Of a DNA stretch of 64,000 nt, positions 1-13,400 are shown piece by piece (within the stretch, counting starts at the first letter, position 1; the number at the start of each line of letters is the position of its first letter). The DNA is taken from positions 73,080 to 137,079 of the forward strand of contig RDEW01000021.1 in NCBI GenBank assembly GCA_011109175.1. Direction: 5' to 3'. The notes beneath the pieces were generated by a model. The model was not told the origin of the DNA. It searched no databases and was given only the letters and a program-made list of their open reading frames with translations. The DNA comes from Dicyema japonicum (Eukaryota; Animalia; Dicyemida). The position numbers and the translations under genes are program-made.

Positions 1-789
1 TTCTAAGCGATATCGCTTCATTTTCAATATTTCTCGTAGATTTACTATTTAATCGGTTTCTTGGATTGATTATTGTTTATTTCATTGACTTTGTGGTTTT
101 CAATGAATTTGGTTTCTAAGCAATCGTCGTCTTAAAATTTTATGCCAACTAAGGGTTGTCCACCCACGTGACTCTACCAGTCTATTCGAACCAGATATGA
201 ACTCCTAGTCAGGTGGGTTATTCTATAACGGTTTATAGTCAAGAGTTTTCTCCGATATGGCTGAAGTCCTCCTTTTTGTAGGTAACTCACCCTTATTCTC
301 TTAGTTAAATATTATGCTAATGAAATAAAAGATTATCGATTTATTTTTGATAGTTCCATAGTAGTGTTACAGTACATAGATCATCTTTAAGTATCTAGGG
401 AATCAGTGGGAGTAGGTTAATCCACTTTGGGACGTGACGGGAAGAATTTGGTAGTCGGTATACGCTTTCTTGTTGGAACGTGGGGTGGGTCCCTACGCCA
501 TTCTGCATCAACTCTGCCTGTTTTCTGTTAAACTTAAGGCTTTTATTTCCGTAGGCGTAGTGATTCCGAGTGGATTATATTATTACCCTGTTGAGAAAGC
601 CACGTGTGAATTCAATCCACTAGAGAAAAGTCCGATGATATCTAGCAAATAGATTCTCTCGATGCTGAAACCAACGGATATCGTTTTAGTCGTGATTAGC
701 CTTGGATTCGATATCTATACAGCTACCAACCTGGTCGAGGTATTCAGTTGACCCACCATTCTCAAGAGACACTCAATCCCCGTCCAGCA

Positions 790-900
790 TCCAAAAAGGA
801 TCTATCTCGTCCCTATTACAGTGGAGGGGTTCCCACAACGGTAGATGTGTATGCATGTAATAGTTAAGGATGTGTCCCATTCAGACAGTGGAAATTGGAT
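790..900 (+). repeat. Degenerate fragment of SINE-like family A
   Basis: gtggaggggttcccacaacg and ggaaattggatatac resemble the family A core (ctggaggggtttccacaactg ... gaaactggatacac). Confidence 0.4.
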
Positions 901-1089
901 ATACCATAATTATGCGTTTACTCTTAGTGGATGAAGGCTATTAAAGGGATCTTTTAGTAATTAATATAATGATTAAATGTCGTACACCTGACTCACTGCA
1001 CGTGCGTGAAACAATTAATTTTAACAAAAGTAATTGATTTTTATAATTATAAATAGCACATAAACTCCAAATAAAAAAGTAATAGGATA

Positions 1090-1420
1090 AAATAATAATA
1101 CCAGGCCCAGGTTACATCAAACTAACTAATCACGTGATCCCATCACGCTCTAGCAGAGACCGATGCTCGTTCATCAACGTCGCACAAGCTCGTATCAGCC
1201 GAATGACTGGATCTTCACGATGGCACGTTCCACGATTCATCCGCATCATGGATTCTAGAGGCATTGGAGACTAGGACTCTTCAGAAGTCCGTCGTTCCGT
1301 AATTTTGTAGGACAATTGTCAAAGAAATGGATGGAACCCAGATTCCACATGCAATGCGTGTATTTTTTGTATATAGAATTCAAAATAGGATTGTTGCCGA
1401 TCTTCCATAAGCCAAATAAA
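1090..1420 (-). mobile_element. LINE 3' end fragment (family B/C tail)
   Basis: Minus strand ends gggatcacgtgattagttagtttg..., matching LINE 3' ends elsewhere (ggatcacctaattagttagttttg at ~37320). Confidence 0.5.
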
Positions 1421-1578
1421 CATTTAAATACATATATCTTTTTTCAAATTTTGTTAAAACATTTTCAACAAATAAATAAATAAAACAGCGAAATTAATTA
1501 AAAATATTTTAAAATTATATTATTTTTATTAAATTAATTTATAAAGACACGCTGACTGCTTTTTGTTCTGTTGTTAAC

Positions 1579-2919
1579 ATGGAAAACCCTATGACAATAA
1601 ATAGCGAGGATAACAACTCAATGAGCCCTAATAAATCTAACCAATCAGAATCCAACACTGCATATCAATTGATAGCGGATGCTCCGATTGAATACGAAGA
1701 GCGAGATGACGTAATTGAGGACGTCCCTCAAAACGACGTTGTTTTAGGCTAGTAAATCTGTAGAACGACAAGGAGGATACCTCAGCGACTGTAAATGTTC
1801 ACTATCTTACTCAACAGGGACAGAAATTGGATGAATCTCCGAACGTATCACTTTCCGCCCTATTAACCCTTTATAGGAGAAAAGAGGGGACACGCGTGTC
1901 ATAAGAGTTAGATTATTGTCATAATATAAGTACGGAGACAAAAAGGACGGGAGAAGTCATCGCTCGGATCACGGTAGGCACTATTCTAGACGTGACTCTG
2001 GTGGAAAGGAAGAGACCGTTACTCGACTCCTTCACATCAGAAATCTTACGAGGCCTTATCTGCTGGAAGATCTTCTGGATCTCCTCTCTTCCTGTGGGAG
2101 TTTTAGTCGTGATAGTATTTGGCAGGACAAAATCAAGTTCAGGTGCTTTGTAGAGGTGATCTGTACTTGATAATTGCAGTATGAGAACGAGGAAGTCTCG
2201 AAGGAGGCCAGAAATGCCTTGAATGGGATGAGGTGGCCTCCCTCTAATCCTCGACAGCTCAGAGTTGAGTATTCTGACGAAAATGAGGTCATTTTGGTGG
2301 TGATTCCGTAGCTGGTCGCAATGAAAGCCAGGGATGAGAGAATGAGTGAGAGGACGGACCCTGTGTTGTCTAATCCTGATGTCACGGTCTCCCGTAGGTC
2401 CGACGACCGATTGAAGATTACCAGGAAGTATGTTGTGAGGGAATGGGATGTCCAGAAGGAGGACCAAGTGGGATCCCAGCCAAAACTGAGACGGGAAGAC
2501 GAAAATAATGATTTTCCTAACAACTCTGATCGGCTGAAAAGGCAGTGTAGTCTCTGGGGCTGACTTGCTAGTTGACGAACAGACTGCTCGGGCAGATGGG
2601 GAGAAAGAGGCTGAGAAGTTGTTGGAGTCACTGTTCAAGAAGACGGTCACGAAGCCATCGATTTTTTGGTGTCCTGTGAGTATTTTTGTTGTGATTTGCT
2701 TAGAGTTTTTCTACGGAGGTGGAGGAACCCGAACAGGTATTTTGGTAATTGATTTTTTAGGAGAGCTCGACTAAGAAGGTTGAGGTTGTGTGTGGCTGTT
2801 ATGATAGGAAACCCGACAGGCCTCACCTGACCATCGTCAGCGATCTGTTTGGTTTTGTGGTTGAGTTGTAGAAACGATCTCCTGAGCGTTCCAGAAGAAG
2901 TCCTCACAGACGACGTTGA
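1579..2919 (+). CDS. ACIN1: Acinus (ASAP-complex splicing factor), compact form, about 11 introns of 23-32 nt
   Basis: Spliced translation gives the Acinus RRM (LLHIRNLTRPYLLEDLLDLL...IWQDKIKFRCFVE|YENEEVSKEARNALNGMRWPPSNPRQLRVEY), the RSB motif KLLESLFKKTVTKPSIFWCP and an RS tail KRSPERSRRSPHRRR*. N-terminal introns are less certain. Confidence 0.9.
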
Positions 2920-2939
2920 TGTAATTGTCTAATTTCTCG

Positions 2940-3540
2940 ATTAATTCATTTTATTAGAATGTTCCCGATTGTTGTAATTTTTGTTGTTTCACTAAGGATT
3001 TATTTGTGTAGTTTTGTTATCAGCCAATCATCTGGTTGGTTCAATGTTTCTTCATACTTTATAGTCCGTGGGGTTATATTCCATGGAGTTATGGGTGGTG
3101 TGATTGATCATAGTCTTGGTAATGGTAGTTGCTGAGTTGACGTAGTAGTAAATGGTTAAGGATTTTGTCTGTCACTTAGTGTGCTAATGAATTAGTGACA
3201 CTTTTTAGTGTTTCAATGGAACTAAATTATTTATTTCCCCATATCATTTTGCTAAAAGTTATTCTCAGTCGACACCTGGGAGGTTGAATCCTGGTATATG
3301 CGTAATTGTGCAGGCAATGGGGTCAAAGTGTTCATTATTTCTCTTACAACCCGAATGGTTGCTGGATGATCCCTATCTCGAAGGTAGGACGATTTGCTAA
3401 GCATATGATAGCGAAAGGCAGTTATAGTCAGGAGGCTTGGATATTTCATAGGTGTATATGTAAAAGCTGAGTACCTTGGGGAACTAGATTTAATAGAAAA
3501 CATGTCTTCAATCTCACATTATTGGAAATCCACGTCTTCC
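2940..3540 (-). mobile_element. Degraded LINE ORF2 (APE endonuclease/linker) remnant
   Basis: Fragments PDYNCLSLSYA and DDWLITKLHK resemble APE GDFN and post-APE ADW motifs; many stops. Confidence 0.35.
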
Positions 3541-3574
3541 GTGAAATATATTTTATGTTGGAATGAATGTCCGT

Positions 3575-3945
3575 TTCGAATATTTTCGTGGTGATGGAAA
3601 GTGCCCGGACGGGATAACTGTCTTTTCCTTTCTCTCGGAGGAAATGCTTGATTTGGATGGGGCCTTTACGGACACCTTTTTCTAGTCGAGACTTCCTGAT
3701 TCCGCGTTGAAAGTTGGGGAGGCTGCTCGGACTTTCGAGAATTTCAAAATAAAAAATACGACAGCCTATTCACCAGATTCTATCTACAGCCCGTTGTCGT
3801 GGAGACGAGCGGAGTCTTCTGGCCTAAGACGGATTCATGATATCGAAGGTGACTAATGGGCCTCTGGAAATCGAATGGCTGTTCCAAAGGTTTTCTCTGG
3901 CAGTTGTCAGGGGAATGATCCATTCCGTCCCAGCTGGATTATTTT
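3575..3945 (+). mobile_element. CRE-like retrotransposon 3' fragment (REL domain)
   Basis: PDGITVFPF...KIKKYDSL...VVVETSG...LFQRFSLAVVRG; same motifs as the C-terminus of the element at 4829-7432. Confidence 0.75.
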
Positions 3946-4065
3946 GATTGTCTTGTTACGTAATAAATTGTTTTTGTAAAAAATTAGTTTTTTGTCTGTC
4001 ATTTCGGACGAACTGAGTCAAATTCCATGGTAAAATTCACGCTTACAAAGACTATTCTACTGTGA

Positions 4066-4260
4066 TGTATAGACTTCTCGTATTTCCAATGAATAGACAT
4101 GGAATCCACATTTTGAATTCCTTCGAACTGTTCTCGTACTGCTTCTTGTGAGATCGAGTATCTGTATAGACTTCTCGTATTTCCAATGAATAGACATGGA
4201 ATCCATATATTGAATTCCTTCGAACTGTTCTCGTACTGCTTCTTGTGAGATCCGAGTATC
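4066..4260. repeat. Tandem duplication of a ~97 bp unit within a probable RTE-like LINE remnant
   Basis: 4066-4162 is repeated at 4163-4260 with few differences. Confidence 0.9.
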
Positions 4261-4529
4261 TTCTTGGAACATGAATCTCTTGGTCCTTTTTCCAGAATCA
4301 CACAGACTTGGAACATTCTCTCGTACAATTATCTTATTCCATACTCTTAGATGCTTCCACTAATATTTTGATTTTATTATTCCTCCCAGATATGATGAAT
4401 CGTGTGTATCCCGCGGCGCAGATGATATTCTCCTGAGTCATCGACGCATTTCTATATGGTGATGAACTCCTGTTCTTCCATTTCTTCCAAGTAGTTATGG
4501 GAGAGGTGATGAGATGTATTTATCTAGAG

Positions 4530-7500
4530 CAGGGGTGTCAAACTCATTTAGCTTCGAGGGCCGCATTTATAATAATTTTTCACCAAGGAAAGATTATTTG
4601 TTTGTTTTAATGAAAAACCAAAAATAAGCCTTTTTAAGTTGTATTCTTTCGGTATAGCGATAAACTGGTTACAATTTTTCCATAAATCGTTGTACAAAAA
4701 TAGAAAAGTTCCCATTTTTTGAAACACTCTCTTTTCATCTTTCAAACACCGTTTTTTAGTTCCAGAACAAACACGTGGCATTGACAAACAAGATTTACAA
4801 ATACTATTAAAAAATAATTAAAATTAAAAAATATTTTATAATTAAGGCTCTTATCAATATGACAAAATGGAACTGCCAACCATGCCTTTCATCTGGTACT
4901 GCTTTTTCTTACTCCAATCAAACTGCTTGCACTGAACCGTTTGACCCTACTCTCGTAGCAGATCCTGATGAAGCTCTGAAACTGATCTCTCGAACGCGCT
5001 CGGACGTGACCATTCCTGTGAAGATTCCCAAAGGTGCGAGAACTGCTGTTGCCGAGGCTCTGATCTCCACCATCAAGGATGTTTTGAAGCCTGACGCCGT
5101 TTCTTCGGAGTGGGTCAAATTTTTCCTTTTCCCGTCACTCACTCTTGGGATCAGAAGACCAACGGAAGCATCCACTTCTCTCGCAACAAATATCCTGGGA
5201 CACTTAAAAACACCCCTGAAACGCTCATGTCTTTACAAGAAAGACACCCCGGATCCCCGAAGACTTGAGAACTATAAAACCTTTCCACGAGGAACAATTG
5301 CTCGCCTCTAACGAAGATATAATCACCTCCCTGCGTTCATTTCGTCCTAGTAGTGGAGGTGGTATCGATGGCTTGAGACCCGGTCACCTACGTGATCTCA
5401 CAGCTCCAATGATGGGATCTGTCGGAAAGGATCTTTCGAACGTTATTTGCGAACTGATCAACAAAATTCTTTCTGGATGTCTGTCTCCTTTCGGTCGAGA
5501 TATGTTATTTTCTGCTAATCTTGTTGCTCTCCGAAAGCCTGACGGCGGTATCAGACCGATTGCTATTGGAAACGTGTTTTAGGAGACTTGCAGATAAAGT
5601 CGCTTGCTTTTCAGGGGTTCAAAGATTACTTCCTAGTTTCAGTCCTATACAGATGGGCGTTGGAGTTCGTGGCGGTGCAGAGGCTTGTGTCCACGCAGTG
5701 AGGAGTTTTTTCACGTCGTCGTCCCAATGCAAAGAGGACGTTGTTGTCTGCAAAGTAGATCTTAAGAACGCATTTAATTCCATAAGGAGAGATCATTTAT
5801 TGGAGTTATGCCAAAAAAATTTACCACATATTTGGGAGATTGTTCGCCTTTCATATTCTAAGCCATCATCATTGGTTTTCCACGATGCCATCATTAAATC
5901 ACGAACTGGTGTTCAACAAAGCGACCCACTTGGACCTCTTCTCTTTGCTTTGGGGATCCATGGAGTAACCGCATGCTTAAAATCACCTTTTAAATTTATG
6001 GTATTTGGATGACGGAATCATTGGTGGACATCCAGATACAGTTTGGAGGACGTGCGTCGTTTGATATCTGAATTCGAAGCGATTGGCCTTTCTGTCAACA
6101 AGGCCAAATGTGAATTAATCAAGATCAATTTGAGCCCCGATCTACTACTTTCTACAATGACCAGTTTAAATACACTCTCGAAAATTATGCATCGGTTCCA
6201 GTTGGGGAGTCTCTGTTCCTTGGTTCTCCTATATTCGAAGACCGAATTGTGGACGTGTTTAAAGAAAGGACAATAGAGCTCGGTACTTTTGAGACTCGTT
6301 TGCGGCATGTTGACAACCATATTGCCCTCTTCCTATGAGAAACTGCTTGTCCATTCCAAGATTAACTATTTACTAAGGACTGCACCATGCTATAAGTGTG
6401 ATTCCCATTTAAAAGATGTACTGAATTCGTACTTAACGTTTCCCTTGACACCCCTGGATGGATACAGACTCAATTACCGATATCATTGGGTGGAATCGGT
6501 CTTACTACTCCCTGCCAAACTGCTGGCCCGGCGTATTTTGCCTCAAAACTTTCATGCAAAAACCAAGTGGACTCAATTCTTTCAAAGCTTCCATCTCGGA
6601 AACTGTCCAATGACTTGGTTGAATACATGGACGTGTGGCGGAGTGAAGGGCTTAGCAAGCCGCGTAATCCAGACCAACAGTCGTCTTGGATGATCCATAG
6701 ATGGAATGCTCTGGCATCCAACCTAGTCAGCCGGCTCTCTGGACATCGCCTGGACTGTTTCCAAAATTCGAGGGAGGCGGTTGATGGATCTTGGCTTGGG
6801 TTTACCCATGTCAAGAAGTTGGTGGATTGTTGGATGATGACTCTTTTCGTACAGCTGTATGTCTACACCTCGGATTGCCTGTTTGCACCAAATCGAAGTG
6901 CAAATGTGGCTGTCTATCGGACGAACTGGGTCTCCACCTCCTCTCATGCCGGAGCGGAATTGGCAGATCTTCTCGACATTCGGCAATGAACGGCATCATT
7001 AAGAGGGCATTAGAATCGGCTGGATTCCGTTGCCGGATCGAACCGACTGGTCTATTTGACAACGGAAGACGCCCTGACGGCATGACCTCCTTTCCTTTCG
7101 AGCGAGGGCGAAACCTTGTATGGGATGTGACCTGTGTCTGCTCTTTCGCCCCAAGCAAAAAAAATAATTCACCGGGCAGACCTTCTTCTCAAGCAGAGGA
7201 AATGAAAAATGCTAAGTATTCGGATATCAGCGACAGGTACATTTTCGCACCTGTCGCGATTGAAACTTCGGGGAACTTTGGCCCTAAAACGCTGAAGTTC
7301 CTGAATCATCTTGGAAAACTACTATCCGACAAAACTGGTGATCTTCGTGAGACGAGATGGCTCAAGGAGAGGCTCTCGTTGGCTGTTGTCCGTGGGAATA
7401 GCTTATGCATCTCCCAACAGCTGAATAATTAAAATTAAAATTAACTATTCTTTTTCCTTATAATAAAATTAAAATATTTGTTTTATAGCTATCAGATCGG

Positions 7501-7586
7501 GCTACACGGTACTGTTGCATTTAACGAACTCCACTAAACATTACTGTTCCACATGAGGCTCGAGGGCCGCATGTTTGACACCCCTG
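4530..7586. mobile_element. Non-autonomous Charlie-type hAT element (~445 bp) split by a retrotransposon
   Basis: Perfect 14 bp TIRs CAGGGGTGTCAAAC (4530-4543, 7573-7586), perfect 8 bp TSD ATCTAGAG (4522-4529, 7587-7594), subterminal agggccgca at both ends. Confidence 0.92.
4829..7432 (+). mobile_element. CRE/SLACS-like non-LTR retrotransposon (RT + REL), frameshifted
   Basis: GIRPIAIGNVF, QMGVGVRGGAEACVH, VDLKNAFNS, GVQQSDPLGPLLF, WYLDDG, CxC..H..xC zinc motif, RRPDG..FPF..GRNLVWDVTC, RLSLAVVRGN; flanked by the 17 bp direct repeat AATAATTAAAATTAAAA (4812-4828, 7424-7440). Confidence 0.92.
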
Positions 7587-7594
7587 ATCTAGAG

Positions 7595-8300
7595 TGAATG
7601 GTTGAAAGCCGTGTTGAAATGAAGACGTAGGGGGTTGATCTTGAATGCGTTCAAGAACTAGTTTCTCGGGATTGGGGGAAGGGAATATAAAATGGAAATT
7701 TGACAATAAGAGGAAGGCTTATGGATTGGTTTATTCGTCTTGCGTATTTGTTCAATATACAACTTCCATAGTTTTGAACTGACGGGTGATTGATGTATTG
7801 AAGATGAGAGCTATTAGTTTTAGCCTGAGGATCCATTTGCTTGAGTCTCCTAGAGGTGATGAATTCCTCTGACTACGGAGTTGCAGGCAAAGGGAGGTGA
7901 ATTTTCGCATCAGGAGTTCGAGGCTTCCAATATTGAGGAGATACTGTAGACTTAGTCGATGATATCCCTGTGGGGATGCAGTAAGACATCAATATGACAT
8001 CTTTTAGCAAGGTTTCTCAGTTCAGGGATCTTGACTTAGATTGAACGATTATTGGATCAGGATTTGCTTCTATGTCTCCGCACTGACATAGACTGCCCTT
8101 GGTGGTTCATTCTGTTTAAAGGATAAGGAAGTGTTATTTATCAAATACCACCAAAACTGAGAATGACATTTCTATTAGTCATGTAGTGTAGAGTTGGTGT
8201 GTTGGCAGTAATCACTTAATGATTCGTGCTGGTCACCTCCTGGTAGTGGAAGCTAGTTATAGTGAGTAAGTCGGTAATACAGTGGGTTTATGAATTATGT
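7595..8300 (-). mobile_element. Degraded APE-type LINE RT remnant
   Basis: EKLVLERIQDQPPTSSFQHGFQP matches the RT 'EK....QHGFR' motif. Confidence 0.6.
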
Positions 8301-8404
8301 TAGTTCGACTGAAAAACGGTTCTCTAGGATCACTGTGTTTTGAACCCTATTGAAGCGTAGAGCCCGGCACTTATTACAACACCCCGTCATTCGTTAATAT
8401 TAGT

Positions 8405-8718
8405 AACCCCGGATACACCGAGAAAGAAGTTAACAGTATCAACGAATTAAGTGTATCCAGAGTCCACTGTTACAGAGTCCTTCACACAAGTCCATCCAGA
8501 ACCAGGATAAAAAGTAAAATACGTCCATTCCTTGCAGTTGTGGAAACCCCTCCAGTGGAGTGGGGGAGAGAAAATGATCATTTTACCTGCCACTCTGACA
8601 CTGAGCGCCATCTGAGACAGGTTGAGCACATGCCGCCACTCTAGTAGAAAAGAAGAGAAGAGGAACAGACTAACAAACAGAAATCTTCAATCAAGTAGCC
8701 ACATGGCACCACACGCCC
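8405..8718 (-). repeat. SINE-like family A, full copy
   Basis: Colinear with copies at 24400, 26924 and 61818. Confidence 0.85.
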
Positions 8719-8899
8719 TTAAATTTAAAATTATTGAACCAGAAAACACCGTTATGGCCAGAATAAAAAAACTTGCCGTTAATAAATTATTATGCTTTGA
8801 CTTGACGAGTGACGCCGTCAACATCTCACTGCGCAACCGGATCGTCTACAAAAAACTCACACCCAACAAAAAGCATTCCTGAAAAGAGACTGGAGGTCA

Positions 8900-9640
8900 T
8901 CAACTAGATAAGTACCCTTGTTTCCTTTTCTCTTGATTTACCTTAATATTTCATCATATATCTTCAATAATTCTGATACTTTTTATCGCTTTGATCATTG
9001 ATATTGCTTTTTTGCTGTAAATACTGTTCCAACATTTTACAAAAGACTCATGCTGCATATTTTGCCATGCCTCAGATATTAAAATCAGTGGCGTAAATTG
9101 ACTTTGTTAAGGATTCCAAAAATTGGACATTTTTTTCATTGAGTAACACAAAGTCATCAATTGCATCAAAAACATGAATTTTTGTTATCTGAGTACATTT
9201 GTTTTTTGAGGTTTCTAACCACCCATTTGATGCCTTAACAGTCTTAAACGTAATCTATGCGCAATTTTTAAACATAAGACTCAATATGGAGAATACCAAT
9301 TTTTAAGTGAACCAATGATCGGGACATTTTGCAGTCTCTGAAATACATCGAGAACCTTTGAATCCAACAATTTAAAAGTGTATTCATTCTTTTCATGAGT
9401 TTTTAGTCTTTGAACAGATGTTCCCACAAATGGCCTTTTTTATTCGAACTATAGTTCCAATGATCGTTCAGAGCTAAGAATCTGCGAGAATAGATTTTTT
9501 TGATAGGAGAGCTTTTTCAAGTTTTCAAGGTGAGGTTTTCCCCGAATTGAGGCCAAAGTGTAAAAATACTGCAAAAATACTTGGGATCATTTATATTCAA
9601 TCCTTTCTTTTTCGTCCCACATAGAACGTGCAGAAACGTA
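8900..9640 (-). mobile_element. pogo/Tigger-type transposase remnant, internally deleted
   Basis: VKASNGWLE (CENP-B-type HTH) and LISEAWQNMQHESFVKCW (DDE_1 C-terminal motif). Confidence 0.65.
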
Positions 9641-9649
9641 GGAAACCCT

Positions 9650-10430
9650 AATCATTTCTGCGTCTCCTCCTCAGAAAGAAGACTGGTGATGGATGAAAAG
9701 TCGGCTTGCATGAACCGCGTGGTTAACGACTGAGATAGTCTATACGCTAGATCCTCGAAGAGAACAGGTCAAATCTCCATATTCAATTGTCGGCAAAATT
9801 ATTCAAAGATGAGGTTTATGGATACAAGCTACAGGTGGGAAAGGGGATCTTCTTTATGATAGCCTTTAGAATTTTCCACTTACAAAGGCCCTCAGTTAAT
9901 ACTTTCTCCGTGTGACTGGAAAACGTTATTAGAGTGTCGAAAGTTACTTCAAGGATTTACTGGATTCGCGTAGAAGGAATAGAGATGTCTGCAAAGAATA
10001 TTTGAGTCTACAATCTCCTTCCGAGTGAGCAGGATGTACTGAGACATGGATGCTGATACAACATATTTGCGGATAGCCAGTCACATACCTGGTTGAGGTA
10101 TGACTGAATCACAGCCACGGAGGAATATAGTTCAGTTGGTCAATATTTTAATAATTCTGCAAATATTACTTCAGGGCCTGCTGATTTTCCCATATTGAGT
10201 TCGGATGCGGTTTCCTCCACTGTTATTGGGTATTCTAGACCGATAAAATAGTCTTCTGAAATGTTGAGACACAATGCCTACGTTATCTTATGTACTCATT
10301 AGTATTCTCTTTTCTTGGTCCATAGCCGTGATGTCCCTAGAACATTGCTAATGTTTAGTAATCGTACCGTTCTTGTATTTATCTATTTCGTTCAGCAGTC
10401 CATTGATGTCTCTGTTTTTGTTTTTAGCTA
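9650..10430 (-). mobile_element. Degraded LINE RT remnant
   Basis: PITVEETASELNMGKSAGPEVIFAELLK; nucleotide similarity to LINE pieces at 34320-34390. Confidence 0.55.
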
Positions 10431-10459
10431 ACTACTGTAATTTTTAACCTCTCTGAGTA

Positions 10460-13400
10460 ATCCAAGTTGGAAGAGTCAATTGCTTTTTGACTTGTTAAGG
10501 TTGGTTACATCTGCTTTTAGGCAGAGATTTTTTTATAAGAAATTCTGTAAAAAAAGATCACTCCATTCTCTGTCGCTTATATTTGAAGAAGTCAATTTAC
10601 TACACTTAAACATTGTTCGGGATCACATAGAAGATCTGAATGTAAAACATCGCATGATACAAAAAATTGTGTTAATTGTGGGTCGACTACTCATCTGGCA
10701 AATTATGGAGGTTGTCCGAAAGCTATGGAAGCCAATCGTGAGAAAATGAAGAAAGTTGCTGAAAAGTCAAAAGTCTCCAAAAAAGAAGATAAGAAACTTG
10801 CCAAATCCGGAAATAGTCATACTATAGCAAAAAATGCTAAGTCAGCTTTTCTTGATGGTCGAACTTGTTGGAATATTCCAACGGTCAAAAGGGCAACAGT
10901 AGAAGCTTCTACTCAGACAGAAGAACCTGTGAAGGGAAAGAAAGAAGAAATCTCAACACAGGTCAATGATGGTGAATGTCAACTTGATTATTCACAAACT
11001 TTGAAAAAATTAGAGAAAAGCATTATAGAAGTAACGAAAACAAAAAAGGATACGAAGCATTTATTGGATTTGGTGGCGATCCTAAGAGGAGGGATCAGCC
11101 ACCAAAAAAATCAGAAGTAATCAGGATAACCCTGATTAATGCCCGCTCTCTTCGGAAGCGGGCTTCAGAGCTGACTGCATTGGTCAGCACAGTGCATATG
11201 GATGTTTTGATAGTAAATGAGACGAAGATCAAGAAGGGAAGTTCTTTTAAACTTAATGGATTTTCATCAATTGATATTCCGTGGAAGAAGGGTTCTATTT
11301 CTGGAACTGGAACTTCGATTTATTATAAATCTAATTTGAATACGAAGAGACCAAGAATTATTGAAGAAGATGTATGTGAACTAGTCAGTGTGCAAATACA
11401 AACAAATATTGGATGGATAACAGTTGGAGGAATTTATTCTAAGAGCTTACGTGAGTACCCTTGGATCATTGAGAAATTTTTTAACGAAAACGTGAATTCG
11501 ATTTTGGTTGGGGACATGAACGCAAAGCATGTTGATTATGGATGTGTTACAACAAATCAGGATGGAAAATGTCTTATAAAGTGGATGGAATCAGGAGAAT
11601 TGAAAATTTTGACGTCAGCAGAAATAAATCACTATGCAACTTATAGTGGTGATAAACTTGGATTGTTCATAATGCCTCTGACGATGAGTGAAATGTGTGA
11701 TCCTCCATATATCGAAAATGACATAGGAAGTGACCACATCCCACAAACGATTGAATTAAAAACTGGTCCGGTTTACACACGACAGTTATTCATTGGATAT
11801 GATGTCAGCAAAATTGATTGGAATCACTTCAATTTCTACATCAGGCTGAAAATTGGTAATGTTTGTGATTTGGGGATTTCGAAACCGGAAGATATCGACA
11901 TTCTGGATAACAAAATAAGATCTTTGTTGTTAAGTTATCTGGAAAATTATGGAAAAAGAAAAAATCTGTTGCCGCAGGAAAATATGATAATAGGAGTAGA
12001 AGAACGCTCTTTGCGTCAGGAGAAGAATAAGTTAGAAAATAAATTAAAGAGGTGTTGGGATATCTTCGACTCTCAAGAACTTAAAATGCAGATCAAGTTA
12101 GTGAAGAAGAAAATAATGGATGTTGTAAAGAAGAATGAAGAAAAAGTATGGAAAAGAGAATGTTCAAAGTTACGTCGACAGAACCCAAAATTTTGGAAAC
12201 TATATGCAAGAATGAATTCTCCCAGTAATAAGAATGAAGAAATATCTCTCAAGTCAGATGATGGTCTCACTATTCCAAAAGAAGAAATTCCAAATGTTTT
12301 ACGTCGACAATTGTCCAAAATTCAAGAGATAGATCCGGCATCTTTTATTCCGATAGAAGTACAAGATACAAGAAGTAGTTATAAAGAAAAGTCGAAACTG
12401 AGTGGTCCCTTGTGTCATCCTATAACGCTGGAAGAAATAAATGCTGCAATTAAGGGTTGCAAAAATAAAGCACCAGGGTGGGATTTTATCCCAATGAGTA
12501 TTTTCAAGAACGCAGGCCCAATTTTGATTGAGTGCCTAAAAATATTATATAATTCTTCTTGGAGTTTTGGTCATGTTCCAGCTTATTGGAAACGAACAAT
12601 TGTACGCATGGTTGTGAAAAAAGGAAAGCCAAGGTCAAAAGCAGATAGTTATAGGCCAATTAGCCTAGTCTGCTCAATATCGAAAGTTATGGAAAAAATT
12701 GTTTTCAATCGTCTATCAAGGCATGTTGAGGATAATAATTTTCTCTCTGATAATCAACTGGGATTTCGGCATAAAAAAGGGACTGGAGATTGCTTTAAAG
12801 AGCTAAGATCTGCAATCGAAATTTCACGAAATAAAAAGGAATTTCTTACAATAGCATGTTTGGATATAACAAAAGCGTTTGACAGTGTTTGGCACTTTGG
12901 ACTTGTTGATACGTTGTCAAAAGCAGAAATTGGGAAAACTGCGTTATTATGGATAGAAAACTTTCTTTCAAAAAGAAAGTCATATATACGTGTTGGAAAT
13001 TTAATTTCAAAGAAAATTGAATTGCGAAGAGGAGTTCCACAGGGTTCAATTCTCAGCCCGCTACTCTTCAATTGCGTAATGAGAGATTTGCCGAAAACAG
13101 AGAGCGTAAATAGTCAAATGATTATTTATGCTGATGACATTCTTGTGCTTGATTCAAGCATGAATAAACAAATTTCATGGAAAAGGGTGGAATCCCATAT
13201 TACTAAGATTGGAAAGTGGTGCCAAAACAATGGGTTGACTCTATCGAGGGAAAAAACAACAGTCACTTGGATTGCAAGTAAAGAAAAAATATTAATCAAT
13301 GTGTGAATACTGGGATATAAAAATCTCTGAAACATTGAAGTATCTCGGATTGTTGAAAGATCGAAGAGGATCTTTCAAGGAACATATTAAAACACCAAGA

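Noticed and set aside
1919-2650. Long minus-strand ORFs (243 aa, 191 aa) in the ORF track
   Set aside because: Antisense shadows of the spliced plus-strand Acinus gene.
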